Below are positions 1 to 11,676 of a stretch of DNA of 50,798 nucleotides, in pieces. The position numbers and the translations under genes were made by a program. The stretch spans positions 1 through 50,798 of the forward strand of contig JAHBMJ010000303.1 in assembly GCA_018398765.1 (NCBI GenBank). The letters are read 5' to 3'. A model generated the notes under the pieces. That model was not told the DNA's origin. It made no database searches and saw nothing but the letters and a program-made list of their open reading frames with translations. Source of the DNA: Chromera velia. Lineage: Eukaryota. Position 1 is the first letter of the stretch. Each line of letters starts with the position of its first letter.

Positions 1-1045
1 GGGGGGGGGGAGCGAGAGAGAAGGAAAGAGAGCATCGAAATATCCGCACCCCTTGATTTGACACACCTGCACCCCCTCCGGACAGTCCTCCTGCAAGTGG
101 CGGCGAACTGGCGCTCGACGGGCAGCGACGCCGTCGCGTGGCGCAGGCCGACGACCCACGCGTGCACCAGCAGCGGCTGCTGGTTGTGACGGAGGCGCGG
201 TAATTCTGAGGGCAGTTCGGTGCATGGCAGGGAAGGTGGGTCGAGCGTGGGTGTGCCCCATTGATCAAGCAGTGCACTGCGGGCACGGAGGTGGTGGCCC
301 AAGATTGACGCAGGGTCTGCATCAAGACACGCACCGCACCTGTCGCAATGGGGACGGGTCTGTGTGACACACACCCGCGTGTGACTGTCTCTCGTTCGGA
401 GAAACAGAGGGGCAGCGCAGAGCTCACAAGGGAAGGTCGAATCACAGGTGGCCTGATGTGCTTCCAGTTCTCTGCGTTCCACTTCTCTGTGACAGGCACT
501 ACAGGAGAAGACGGCAAACGGGCAGTCCTGCTCTTGATGCCGTATCATCTCGTCTACGGATCCCACAAACTTACAGTCCCTCTCATTGTGTACACAGACC
601 CATCGGAAGCTCTCTCGAATGCCCTGGGAAACGGAAGTTGCGAGTTTGTCACATGAGTCGCTTCTCCCTTGCAGATAGGACACTTGAGGGGAGAGGGAAG
701 AGGGATTTTCTCACAGGAAGACTCCTCCTCCTTCGACTGGTTGTGCAATTGGAATGCATAGCAACGATCGACACACTTCTGGCAAAACATGTGACCGTCC
801 TCGCCCCCCTGGCAGTTCAGGACGTTCGGATTCTCGACAAGGGACAGACATAGGATGCAGATGAAACGTTGCACTTTGTCAACATCCTCTGCGTAAGCCG
901 CACAAAACATGTCCCGATACTCCACGTGCCGGGGCTTAAAGAGAGGCCCAGCGTTTGGAGGAGATGACAGTGCGAATGAAGAAGTCGACTCTGTTTGGGT
1001 GATTGTGCTTCGAGTCGAAAAGACCTTTTGCAGGAAATGAAACAT
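1..1045 (-). pseudogene. RING (C3HC4) + TRAF-type zinc-finger protein, intronless, frameshifted (pseudogene or assembly indels); runs off window start
   Basis: ORF 1045-554 has RING ligands CILC..C(QGGEDG)H..CQKC..CPIC. A second frame, open from ~710 to the window edge, reads WVCVHNERDCKFVGSVDEMIRHQEQDCPFAVFSCSACHREVERRELEAHQATC (TRAF zinc finger). Another frame switch near 100-30 gives HLQEDCPEGVQVCQIKGCG. Confidence 0.75.
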
Positions 1046-1249
1046 TGCGAGATATTACGAGGTCGGATTGAAAGGACAGTTCAACTGTATAAGGCTTGTC
1101 CAGGAAGTTGAACGAAGGTTCAGACGTAACGAAGCAGAGCAGGTGGCAGGAGCCGTCTCCGTTCACGCGCGTGCCTGTTTTTTTTTCCTATCGAAAAACC
1201 GGAATTTTGGAGGGCTAGAAAAACGAGTACATGGGTCGGGCAGTCAAGC

Positions 1250-3650
1250 GTAGTTAGTCCTCCCGGAGGGCTGCCCAATTTTTTTAGCAATTAGTATTCA
1301 TAGTTGTCCCAAAAGGCCGTTTATCGCTCGTTCAAAGGGTAGTTGACCTGCATTACCATGAAGGGCTGCCCAAATTTTGAGTGTATGAGCAGTAAGCAGC
1401 GGCTGGAGCCAGTTCCCCTGCGTAGATAGCTGCAACCCAGTGTCGAGAAGGACGCTGGCGAGGGTTAAGAGAGGTTGTAGGCATTGAGGAAAAAATGGGG
1501 AAAACAGAGAAAACAGTTAGCAAAAACTGTATTCGAGGGTGAAGGTGAGATTCAGGTTGTGCAAGGTCAAATTTCAAGTTTTTTACTCGCTCGAAGGAAG
1601 CCGATGTCGGTCGAACAGGGACCGGCAGATGGTGAGACGCAGCAGAGGGACACTGAGGGTCAGAGCCTAGGGGGTGACTCAGCAGGTAGCCAGTAGGTTG
1701 GCCCGGTGGCTCAGCCAGATGGTGCGCCAACCGGGAGTGCTGGACATTCGGCTTCAGATACTCATACGGAGGAGGAAGAAGGTGACAAGGATATGGACCC
1801 TATATCTTGTGTACTCAAGGCTATTAAGGGACTGGATCCTACTCAACTGGACTAGTTCAGAAAGGAGCGCCAGAAGGAGGCTTCTGCTAAGTCTAAGCAG
1901 AAGGCTTCCAAGACAGCTCAACGAAGTGCTGCAGCGGCGTTGCAGGCCGCACGCGGAGGGGGATTAGCTTCTAGCAGCAGCGGAAGTCTAGGCAGAAGTA
2001 GAGAGGCTGGAGGTGCCCCTCGCGTGTTGGATACTACCATCGTCAACGCTGTGAGACCGCAGCTCCAGAACCAACGGAAGGGTTCGAAGGCACGTCTGGT
2101 TGACCACATCCCTGAGAAGGAGAGGGGGAAGAAGCGTCCCCTCGCCGAACCTACCCAGCGAGAGGATATCTCAGAGGATGAAGACGAAGATAAAGCATCT
2201 CGGCAGTCTAGCCGATTCTAAGCTAAGTGAGATCCCTGTCGGCTAGGGCAGTAGCAGTGGGAGGACGCAACCTGTCACATTCAGGCGAGCTAGAGGACAC
2301 AGACCCAGTCGAGCTAAAAAGACATTGGTCACGAGCAGGGCTAGCGGCCACGGCCGACAGTATTGAAGACCAGGCACTGGAACTATCCACAAAAATCTGA
2401 TACTAAGCCATACTACAAAAACTGGAGCAGAGATGCCCGGGCATGCTCCCACTATCCTCCCCATTGGCGGTTAAGAATCAGAACTTAAGATAGCGTTCGC
2501 AACACTAGCTGGTACAAAAAGATATAAAATCGGCCTTCTTAGGGGGCAGTATCCTGGTGGCACCATGAGAAAGCACTAGATTCCCCACCATTCGGGGCGT
2601 ACGAATTATGCTACTTCTGACGAGGGCTAGAAAAAACAGTTAACAACTAGGTAAAAGTCAAAGAGACACTCAAGGCCACACAGTTTAGCAAAATGCTAGT
2701 GCACTGGCAGGCAGTGGGAACACGAGAGGCATTATGCAACAAGGTGATAACCATTTTAATATTATTCCCCACGAAATGGATAGGCGAAGTGTTACAGTTG
2801 AAAAAAGGGAACCTCGTATTCTAAACCAAGAAAGGAGTCGAACTCCTGCTATGCCATGTCCATCGTAGAAAAAACAATACCAAAGGGTGGGCCAGACATG
2901 CCCGCTCCCACTAGTATCAAACTTGGGGACACTCGTCAGAGAAGCAGTCCGCGAATTCCTAGCCGTAGCACCGCAGGAAGGACCTTTATTTCAGACAATG
3001 ACAGCCTTTGGAAATAAATGGTTGGGTAAGCCCCTAGGCCGCAACGTATTCCAGCGAGCCCTACAGAAAGCGATCACAGTAGCTGCAGTTCCAGAAGTTA
3101 CGCCGAGCGACCATACGATGTACTCATTAAGGTGTAGCAGGTTTACAGCTGCTGCAGCAAAGTAAGCACAGATCCCCCACGAAGTTGCAATCGATGTGAT
3201 TAGGCACAGTAGCACAAATACGTGGCTGGCATACCTTCTGCCTAACCTCCTGGACATCGCCGCATACATCCAAACCATCGCGTAATAGGGGCGTGGCGGT
3301 TGACAATGTGGGAGGTTGCAAGCGAACCGGAAACGCCAGCGCCCGCCCCACAGCACTAAGCAACCGACACGGGATGAAGCTAATCAAACAACGGCGTGAG
3401 TATGGTTTAAAAGGCCATGACTTAACTAACTGAGTTGTGGACTTGATAAGCAGTTTAACTAGGCAAGGCGCAGCTCATGCAGAGCTGTGGAGTCTGAAGA
3501 AACATAAATGCCGAGAAAGACTGGGGCGGATTCGAGCGGTCAGCCCGAAAGTCGGGCACCCGCCTCAGTTATTATGTTTGATCTCCTCCTTAAAGATCCT
3601 ACATTGTCAAATAGTTGTCCTTGACATACTGAGCAATCACCTAGGCGATT
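1250..3650 (+). mobile_element. Degenerate tyrosine-recombinase (YR) element without RT (Crypton-like or internally deleted DIRS/Ngaro); boundaries approximate
   Basis: Contains the YR pseudogene below. Sequence is rich in TAG/CTA. The 10-mer ATAGTTGTCC occurs at both 1300-1309 and 3611-3620. Confidence 0.6.
1604..3285 (+). pseudogene. Tyrosine recombinase with long low-complexity N-terminus (~555 aa when repaired)
   Basis: Removing a 5-nt duplication (CTAAG, 2218-2227), a 14-nt insertion (~2477-2490) and two G-run indels gives one ORF. Motifs: ALELSTKI[R]Y..GAVSWWHHEKALDSP (core-binding domain); box I TK[W<R]IGEVLQLK (2771-2803); RRKNNTKG.G; box II HTM[Y]SLR[C][S][R]FTAAA (3121-3141, consensus HSLRRGG); I[R]HSSTNTWLAY with the nucleophile Tyr at 3232-3234. 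Confidence 0.85.
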
Positions 3651-4309
3651 ACTGAACACGCAGATGTAACAACATTTATGTGCATGCAGGCATGATTGGC
3701 TTCGAATCAGTCTTCGATGATACTTTTAACGATCAATGTTGGTTTTTCGATTTATTGTGGATCAACAAACTTATCGGCAAGTACGGTTTACCCCCCGGGC
3801 GCTAGTCAGATTTTGTAGGCTCTTTTATACCACCCACTGACCTTTTCCCATAAAAAAAACAAACCACCGGCAGCTTCCCACTCAAAAACCGCTTCATACC
3901 AGATTTTCCCCGAAAAATAGTATTTATATTATTATACATATATGTAGTGAAAAAGAAGTTTGTGAAAATAATGACATGGTTCTAGTAGAGTAGTAGTGAC
4001 TAAATATTGTACTATAAAATGATATGTTAAAATCATTTTAAAGTATTTTTTCTTTAAATTTTTCCTAAAAAAGAAATTTGAAGTCATTTATCCTCCATTG
4101 AAACATCTTGCTGCATCTGGCCGCATTTCCCTTACGCTAGCTGCTGGCACAGTGGCACATCAGAGTTAGAATCGTCCTGACCTGACCCAAACCGGTCACA
4201 GAGCGCCTTTTTCTTCCGAGTACACCGTTTAAGCTGTACACTTCACTTTTTGCACCCGTCTTCAAAGCTAGCTGCGACTCTACGTCCTCTTCTTCAGGAA
4301 GGCCCTTAC

Positions 4310-5720
4310 GGCTGACCGCCTCACTGATTGGCTGACTGGCTGACTGACTGGCTGACTTGTGGAATGACTGGCGCTGACTTACTGGTTGACTGGCAGGCTG
4401 ACTGACTGGCTGACTTACTGACACTGTCAGACTGACTGACTGACTCACTGTTTGGCTCACTGACTCACTGACTGAGTGACTCATAACTCATGACTTACTA
4501 ACTGACTGACTTACATCTGACTCACTGACTGGCTGACTGACTGACTGACTGACTGACTGACTGATTGACTGACTGACTGACTGACACGACTCATGACTCA
4601 CTGACTGACTCACTAACTGACCGGCTGAGACTGCCTGACTTGCGGAATGACTCGCGCGGGCTGACTGGCAGGCTGACTTGCGCTGACTTACTGGTTGACT
4701 GGCAGGCTGACTGACTGGCTAACTTTAAGTTACTGACAGACTGACTAACTGACTCACTGTCTGGCTCACTGACTCACTGACTGAGGGACTCATAACCCAT
4801 GACTCATTGACTGACTGACTGACTGACTGACTGTCAGTGACTGACTAACTGAATGACTGACTGACTTACTAATTCACTGACTAACTGACTCTTTGACTCA
4901 TTGACTGACTAACTCACTGACTGACTAACTCACTAACTGACTCATGATTGACTGACTGACTGACTGACTGACTAACTGACTGACTGACTGACTGACTGAC
5001 TGACTAACTGAGTCAGACTGACTGACTGACTGACTGACTGACTGACTGACTGACTGACTGACTGACTGACTCACTGACTGACTCACTGACTCACTGACTG
5101 ACCGCGGCTGACTAACTGCCCGACTTGCAGAATGACTCGCACGGGCTGAGTGGCTGGCTGACTTGCGCTGACTTACTGGTTGACTGGCAGGCTGACTAAC
5201 AGGCTGACTTACTGACAGACTGACTGAGTGACTGACTCACTATCTGGCTGACTGACTCGCTGACTGACTGACTTATGACTCACTGACTGACTGACTGACT
5301 CACCGACTAACTGGCTGAATCTGGCTGACTCACTGGCTTACTGACTGACTCACTGACTGACTGACTGACTCATGACTGACTGACTGACTGACTGACTGAC
5401 TCTCCGACTGACTGGCTGACTGACTGGCTCACTGACTGACTCACTGACTGACTGACTGACTCACTGACTCACTGACTCACTGACTCACTGGCTGTCAGTG
5501 ACTGACTGGCTGACTGACTGGCTGACTGACTGGCTGACTTGCGCTGACTTGCTGGTTGACTGCCAGTGGCTGGCTGACTGGTAGACTGACTGACCGGCTT
5601 GCTGGCTGACAAGCTGACTGACTGACTGATTGACTGGCTCAGCCTGGCTGTCAGTGAGTGATTGACAGCTAGGATTGACGGAGGGGCTTACTGGATCTGA
5701 CTGGCTGTATAACTGCCTCC
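4310..5720. repeat. (GACT)n satellite with embedded higher-order units
   Basis: Degenerate GACT/GGCT/CACT/AACT tetramers. The block GACTTG(C/T)(G/A)GAATGACT..GCTGACTTACTGGTTGACTGGCAGGCTGA recurs at ~4354, ~4637 and ~5122, and partially at ~5536. Confidence 0.95.
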
Positions 5721-6065
5721 GCTTTGCGTAGACGGCAGGACATGACAGGAGACCGTAGGAGACGGACGGAGACGGATTCTGACGGAAGGAGACGGTTTAG
5801 TCCCTCCCTCTACAAGTTGCAAAGAAAGGCTGGGCAGAACACTATCTTCATTTTGGATCTAGTCTCGGCTCCGGAGCCTTCGGTACAGACTGCCAAGTTG
5901 ATGGAAAAAACATGAGAAGACATTGAAAGACATGAGAGACCAGACTCATCAGGACTCATGCACAAACACCGATGATCAACGAACGATGCATGTACATACA
6001 CGCATGGGTCCATACACATGCATACATACACATATCACGTCATGCCTCCGACAAGGTCCATGCAA

Positions 6066-6208
6066 GCGGCGCCGGCCTTCGGCGCCCACCGGCAAGGTCT
6101 AGGCAGCGCTTCGGCGTCTATCGGCAGTGTCCGGGCGGCGCCTTCGGCGCGTACCAGCAGTTTCCCGGCGGCGCCTACGGCGCCTACCGGAAACTTCTCC
6201 GAAGGCCC
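6066..6208. repeat. ~32-bp tandem array of GCGCC-TNC-GGCGC mini-hairpins (MITE/DNA-transposon subterminal-like)
   Basis: Four units: gccttcggcgc, gcgcttcggcgt, gcgccttcggcgc, gcgcctacggcgc. AT-rich sequence follows from 6290. Confidence 0.7.
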
Positions 6209-6786
6209 ACCGACATCTTCCCATTTCAAAAACAGCTTTCTGACCACCACCCTGAGGTTACCGTAGCACGGTTTGACCTGTTTCTTTTTTAAGGGGCCCA
6301 GTCCATATTATTTTTTTAAGGGAAAATTTGACCCTACAGGACCATATATTATATATACATACAAGATGGTCCCGTAAATCTATTGGAAAGTCTAGTGGAA
6401 AGTATTCTTCTTCGAACGGCTCCACTTCTAATTGTCCCCCAACGCAAACGGCAGCTCAGTGAGTTAAGCTGTTTGATCAATGAAATTCAAGTCCCACAAA
6501 ATCCCACAAAACTCCAATTTCCGTGAAATTTATGCTTTTCGGGGCGGCGGAACCACAAACACTGACTGCCGGAGTGGCGGTCACCGCCCACTCATCATTG
6601 CTGGGATATGCTCAGTATTATGCTGGGTGACTGAGACTCATCATTATATTAATAGTGATATTAATAGAGTCTCATATGGAATGTGACAGTCAGTAATGCT
6701 TGTATGTTTCTTTCCCATGTGCTTGCCTTTTGAGCAGCACGTTTTCGCACACCAACCCTCGTAACTAGCTAGACGAAAGTGGGCCA

Positions 6787-8500
6787 TGATGGATGCGGGG
6801 ATATGGGAGCCGATTGAAGGGCAGAGGAGACGGAGAGGGAGGGGGTCGTAAACCTTGAGTTGAGGTCCTGGAGTAGGGATAAGAAGGAAGACAAAGCCGA
6901 AGAGAAGAAAACGGAGGCTTTTATCAAAATTCCAGAGAGTCTCAGACTGCTTGAAGGGCTAAGAATGGCTATTTTCAGAGGGCTTGTAGAGGGGATTCTT
7001 ATCCTTCAAGTGATTTTCCTGAATATTTTGGGAGGGTTGACAGACTGACTACACACGTTCCCTGAATTTTCAAAGACGTGCCGGCAGGTTTGGGAGGAGA
7101 TCAATAAGTTTACAGGAGCTTTGCAGGTAGCAGGTGTCTCTTCCAACAAAGTGTTCTTTGATCTACTACAGATTGAGCACTTTTTCGTTTTCTTTCTTGA
7201 GCTCTTTTGCTTCTAGTCCGTCAGGACCCTTTTTCTTTTATTGAAGTACTAGAATTTTTTTCAGATCCTCTCGTCTGCTGGTGCTAATCTGCTTTTCCTT
7301 TTAATTGATGGAGAAAAGAGGTTTAGGTCTGTGATCTGGCGAAGCCTTCTGTTCATTCGAGTGTTGAGAAACATGCAGTGCCACGATTCGAAAACGGAAG
7401 GTGATACGAGAAAAACCTGGAGGTATCATGCCTCTCAACAATTTGCTGCGGGCGTTGTGTGTGGATGGCTCACCACCAGAAGAGGCTATCTGCACCAGGT
7501 CCTTGAATCGCTTCAATTCGGAATCCTCCCGATCGAATCCCACCGTAGCTGCAGCAGACGAAGATGATGAAGGAAAGTTTCTTAACTTTTTTCATCTGGT
7601 GCGTGCCACTTTGTGGTATTGCGGGAAGCATGGCGCCCCCTGTTTGTATAATTGGCTGAGCATCTACCATCGATTTACTCTGCGCGACGAGTTCAAAGCG
7701 ACAGAGCAGAGGTTCTTTTTTGATCCTGAGGCAAACGAGGACGCCCTGTTTCTGTTCAAAACAGCAGTCACCGATATTCACGAGGATGGAAACCCTAATA
7801 TATTCCCCTTCTAATATAGAGAACTACTCAGGTAGTTCGTTCGAAGATCTCCGCTTTATCAATGCCACATATCGGGTAGATGCCATCATTTGGACAGTGC
7901 AGAACCCCGCTGTGATGGTTACCGAGTATGTCAGCAGAGAGAAAGTCCAGATTCTGTCTGATATGCACCGACTGAACGAAGCAATATCGGAGGATCGCGA
8001 CTACACCGCTTTGCGTATCTTTATTGCGTGGTTGCAAGCAGCAAGCAAACCCCCTAGAGCTAATGTACACAACTTTCCTTGCCTGTGGTAGGCAAAAAAA
8101 CTCGTCCCCAGGATTGATCTGGAAAGGCTTTCTATAGGAGAACTGTTTCAGGCTTTCCTACGCAATGGGAAATTGGTCTGCTAAACCTGATTCCTTCTGA
8201 CCGGGAAATCACCCTCCCGCAAGCCCCATACAGGTTGCTTAACAAAGAAAGAGTTCAGACAGTTAGCCCCTCCTCAGTGTGCCGTATACGGGGTGAACGC
8301 ACGGTCTTCTGAGTACTGCGGAGGGTGTAAGATAGTGTCTACTGCGGTGCTAACTGCCAGAGAGAGGACTAGAGGAAGAAGCCTTGGGGACACAAAAGGC
8401 AGTGCCCCCAACTGAGGGCTCATGTCTTTGACGTGATTGCCCTCGAGGAACCGGTATTTGCAACTCATCTGCAGATCGAGCCAATATTACAGAGTGAATT
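6787..8500 (+). pseudogene. Intronless MYND zinc-finger protein pseudogene (~550 aa)
   Basis: 8278-8405 reads CAV[Y<C]GVNARSSEYCGGCKIV/YCGANCQRED[*<W]RKKPWGHKRQC, a MYND finger with TGC->TAC, TGG->TAG (8370-8372) and a 1-nt frameshift. Upstream ORF pieces 6860-7048, 7401-7814 and 7720-8091 join after removing small insertions. Confidence 0.8.
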
Positions 8501-9659
8501 AAAAATTGAATCCCGAATTACCCATTAAAATAGAATCTTTTAATAGATGTCACAGCAGTAAAGTTAAGAAACATGTTAGAAATATGCATCAGAAATACGT
8601 TAAAAATTTTATAGAAATATTATAGAAATCTTATATTTAAGAAATCTGGACCACATTTCTAATTTTTTAAGAAGTTTAGGCTAATTAAATTCACGTAAAT
8701 TCATCTAAATCTAGATCCAAATTCACTTAAATTCATTTATGAATTCACTCATTTTTGCAGGGTAGATCAAAAAAATATATTTCTCATTTCTATGTTTTAA
8801 AGCAACAGTCCTACAACACAAAGTGTTTGATACGGTCACACGGAGGTAAACATAAGACATTGCTAAACACTTTTTTTTTAAAGCATTTTAACTAGCATAT
8901 TTTAAAGTCAAATTACAGTATTATATTATTAGATTTACAAATTTTTTTTCTACCATTTCCTTTATAATTTTCTTAGTAATCACGATTTTTAAAAGCACTA
9001 CCGTAACTGCTATTTTGATTACTATGCGCCTAGCTACGCACGGCGGCCGCCACAGTCTGGCGGCCAGACGTCTGGTAACCATCGTAACTTGTTTACTCCA
9101 ACCCGTATAGGCAGTGTAATCTAGAGTGTGATACGAAAAATCTATTTGAATCTAGTAGCACTGCGTATACTAAGCTGATTTCGTATGAAGTTCAACATAC
9201 ACGCCCAGACACACGCACAATACCGTATTACAGTGGGGCCTAGTTCGAGTTCGGGATTGAATCTATGCAGGAAATACTAGGTTGGCCTGAGCCTATATGG
9301 CTCACCGGCTTTAACCTCATACATCATCATCATCATCATCATTAATACGTTCCCCAGTACCTTCCATATACCATATTCCAAAGTTGTTACCTGGATCTTC
9401 TTTTATTCACTCTCTGTAATCGCTCATCCGTACCGCAATCCTTCTCCAACCGGGTCCTCAAGTCTTCCCCCCTTTCTCTCCACTGAGTCTTCAGGCAATC
9501 GCGCTGTGTCGAAACTGATGGAGAGGTGGATTACGGTCTGCCCCGGCCACTGTCAGTGAAGCAGCAGCGAGAACGACACGCATGCATGCAGACAAGGAGA
9601 GTCGGGCCAGGTCTGAGCGCAACCAGACCACCAGATAGCTGTCAGCTTCAAGCGAAATC

Positions 9660-11641
9660 CTACGAGGCTGCCCCCGACCCGGCAGCCTTTCTTGCCATTC
9701 TTCGAGCCTTCTTTGCCTGGAACGCCGCTTTTTTCCGCTCGATCTCTGCTGCAGAGAGGGTCGTGGGGTCCCTGCAAACATTATCAACGCATGCAAAACA
9801 AAGACACACTTATATGACATGTATTCTCACGCAAACGTGACAGAAAACACTGGCCCTTACAGAGAGGTTTGCAGGGCACACAGCCGGATCGATGGGGATA
9901 GATGGGACCACGCAGGCCAATCGCACGAAGTCAACCCTGCATGAAGAAGCACCGGCCTCCCGTGTGCCGAGAAGAGGGATTCAAATGAAAGCAGCACCAT
10001 GCATAAATCTACATAGAAACTTGTGCACACAGAAAGAAGATGGGGTTGCAGTGATAAAGCGAGACAGTGGGTCAGACACAAAAGTGAATGCAGAGAGTTT
10101 TTCCTCTGAAAACAAATCCTGACGCTGAAGTTTGAAGGAGCATCGCATCCAACCATGAACGGGGAAGAAAACAGGCTGGGGTCTGCAGCAGAATCAAGCA
10201 AGACCGACCGACCGACTGACTGACTTCTTTCGCTTGGGCTTCCCCTTCTTCACTTTCTTGCCTCCCGAGTCCTCTCCGCCCTTCCCCGATCGCTTGCTCC
10301 CGCTCCCTTTTGCCTTCTCCCCCCCCTTGTCCCCCTCATCTGAGCTCTCGTCCTCCTCCTGAGGGACGAGTGCTTTCTTCTTCTCTTTCTTCTTCGATCG
10401 CTCCGGCTTCGGTTCTGTTGCCTCCTCCTCGTCCTCTCCTTCGTCGTCCTTGTTTATCCCTTTCCTCTTCGTTCCTTTCTCCTTGACTGAATTCCCTTTG
10501 GTCTTTTTGGGAGATTGATCTTCATCTTCGTCGTCTGGTTCTGCCTCTGCCTCGCTTGGTCGTTTGGATCCCTTGACTTTCTTCTTCTTGTTGCTTTTCG
10601 GACTCTTGTCCTCCTTTTCTTCCTCTTCCTCCTCTTCCTCGTCTCGCTTGATCTTTTCAGATTTTGCTTTTCCTTTTGCCTTCTCCTCTTTCGGCTTCGC
10701 CTCCTTCTTTCCTTTTGAGACGCTTCCACCCTTTCCCTCTGCTTCTGTGCCTTTGCCGTTTGCCTCCATGGCCTGGAAGTAGGCCGCCTCCCTCTTCAAG
10801 TGCAGCTGTGGAGGACAAATGAGGATCGAGGGAAAGAAAGAGATGGGTTCTCAATGGAGAGTCACACGTTCAGCTGAAAGAAACTCGTTCTGAAGAAAGA
10901 GATCGGGACGACAAACACATGCTCTCACGCTCGAGTTTGCATTTTCTGTGGGAGATCGATCAAAGACGCACAGTTCCTTTCCTGCCTGTCCTGCTTGCCG
11001 CATTTGGAGACAAACTCACTCACGTGCTTACCTTTGTCTTGAGATGCTTCTCGACGTCTTGCTCGAAGATGAGAACCTTGTCCGGACAGAGACGGCAACG
11101 AAAATTTCCCCGGAAGTCAAAATCCTGCTCTGCTTCCAGAGCCTCCTGGAATTCGTCGTACAGGGGATCACCGTGTCCCTCGTCTCCTCCCTCATATTCT
11201 TCTTCGTCTTCCTCCTCGTCATCATCTTCCTCATCATCCTCCTCTCCATCCGTACCTTCCTCTGCTTTCACATTGTCACCGCTCCCCCCCGAGGCCCCCC
11301 TCTTCCTTTTCTGCTTTCCCTCCCCCCCTCCCCCCCCATCTTCCTCTTCTTCATCCTCCTCACTGCCATCTTCGTCATCGTCCCTGTGCGCAAACTGGGC
11401 CCGGGGCCCGTCGTCCATTTCATCCAGATCCTCCTGCATTCAGCCATGCATCCATCCATTCACCTATGCATCCGAATTTCGTAGCATCAATCGATCAAAT
11501 ACATGCGTACACACCCACATGCATGCGCACAACTGTACACATTCAATTCGATCAACCCTGATGTGCGTGTGAATGTGCGCAGCACAAACATAGTCACATA
11601 CATCTTTGACTGTCATTCGATAACTGTGATGTCGTGTTTCT

Positions 11642-11676
<35 letters not shown>

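Noticed and set aside
4137..4484. SQSV-rich ORF on the minus strand
   Set aside because: Translation of the GACT satellite; no domain.
6066..6208. CRISPR-like or REP-like array
   Set aside because: Eukaryotic context, degenerate tandem units without unique spacers, and no cas or TnpA gene.
8500..9200. MITE with terminal inverted repeats in the AT-rich block (also 3790-4130 and 29320-29617)
   Set aside because: Short AGAAAT/AATTCA repeats are visible, but I found no convincing TIR pair or TSD by eye.
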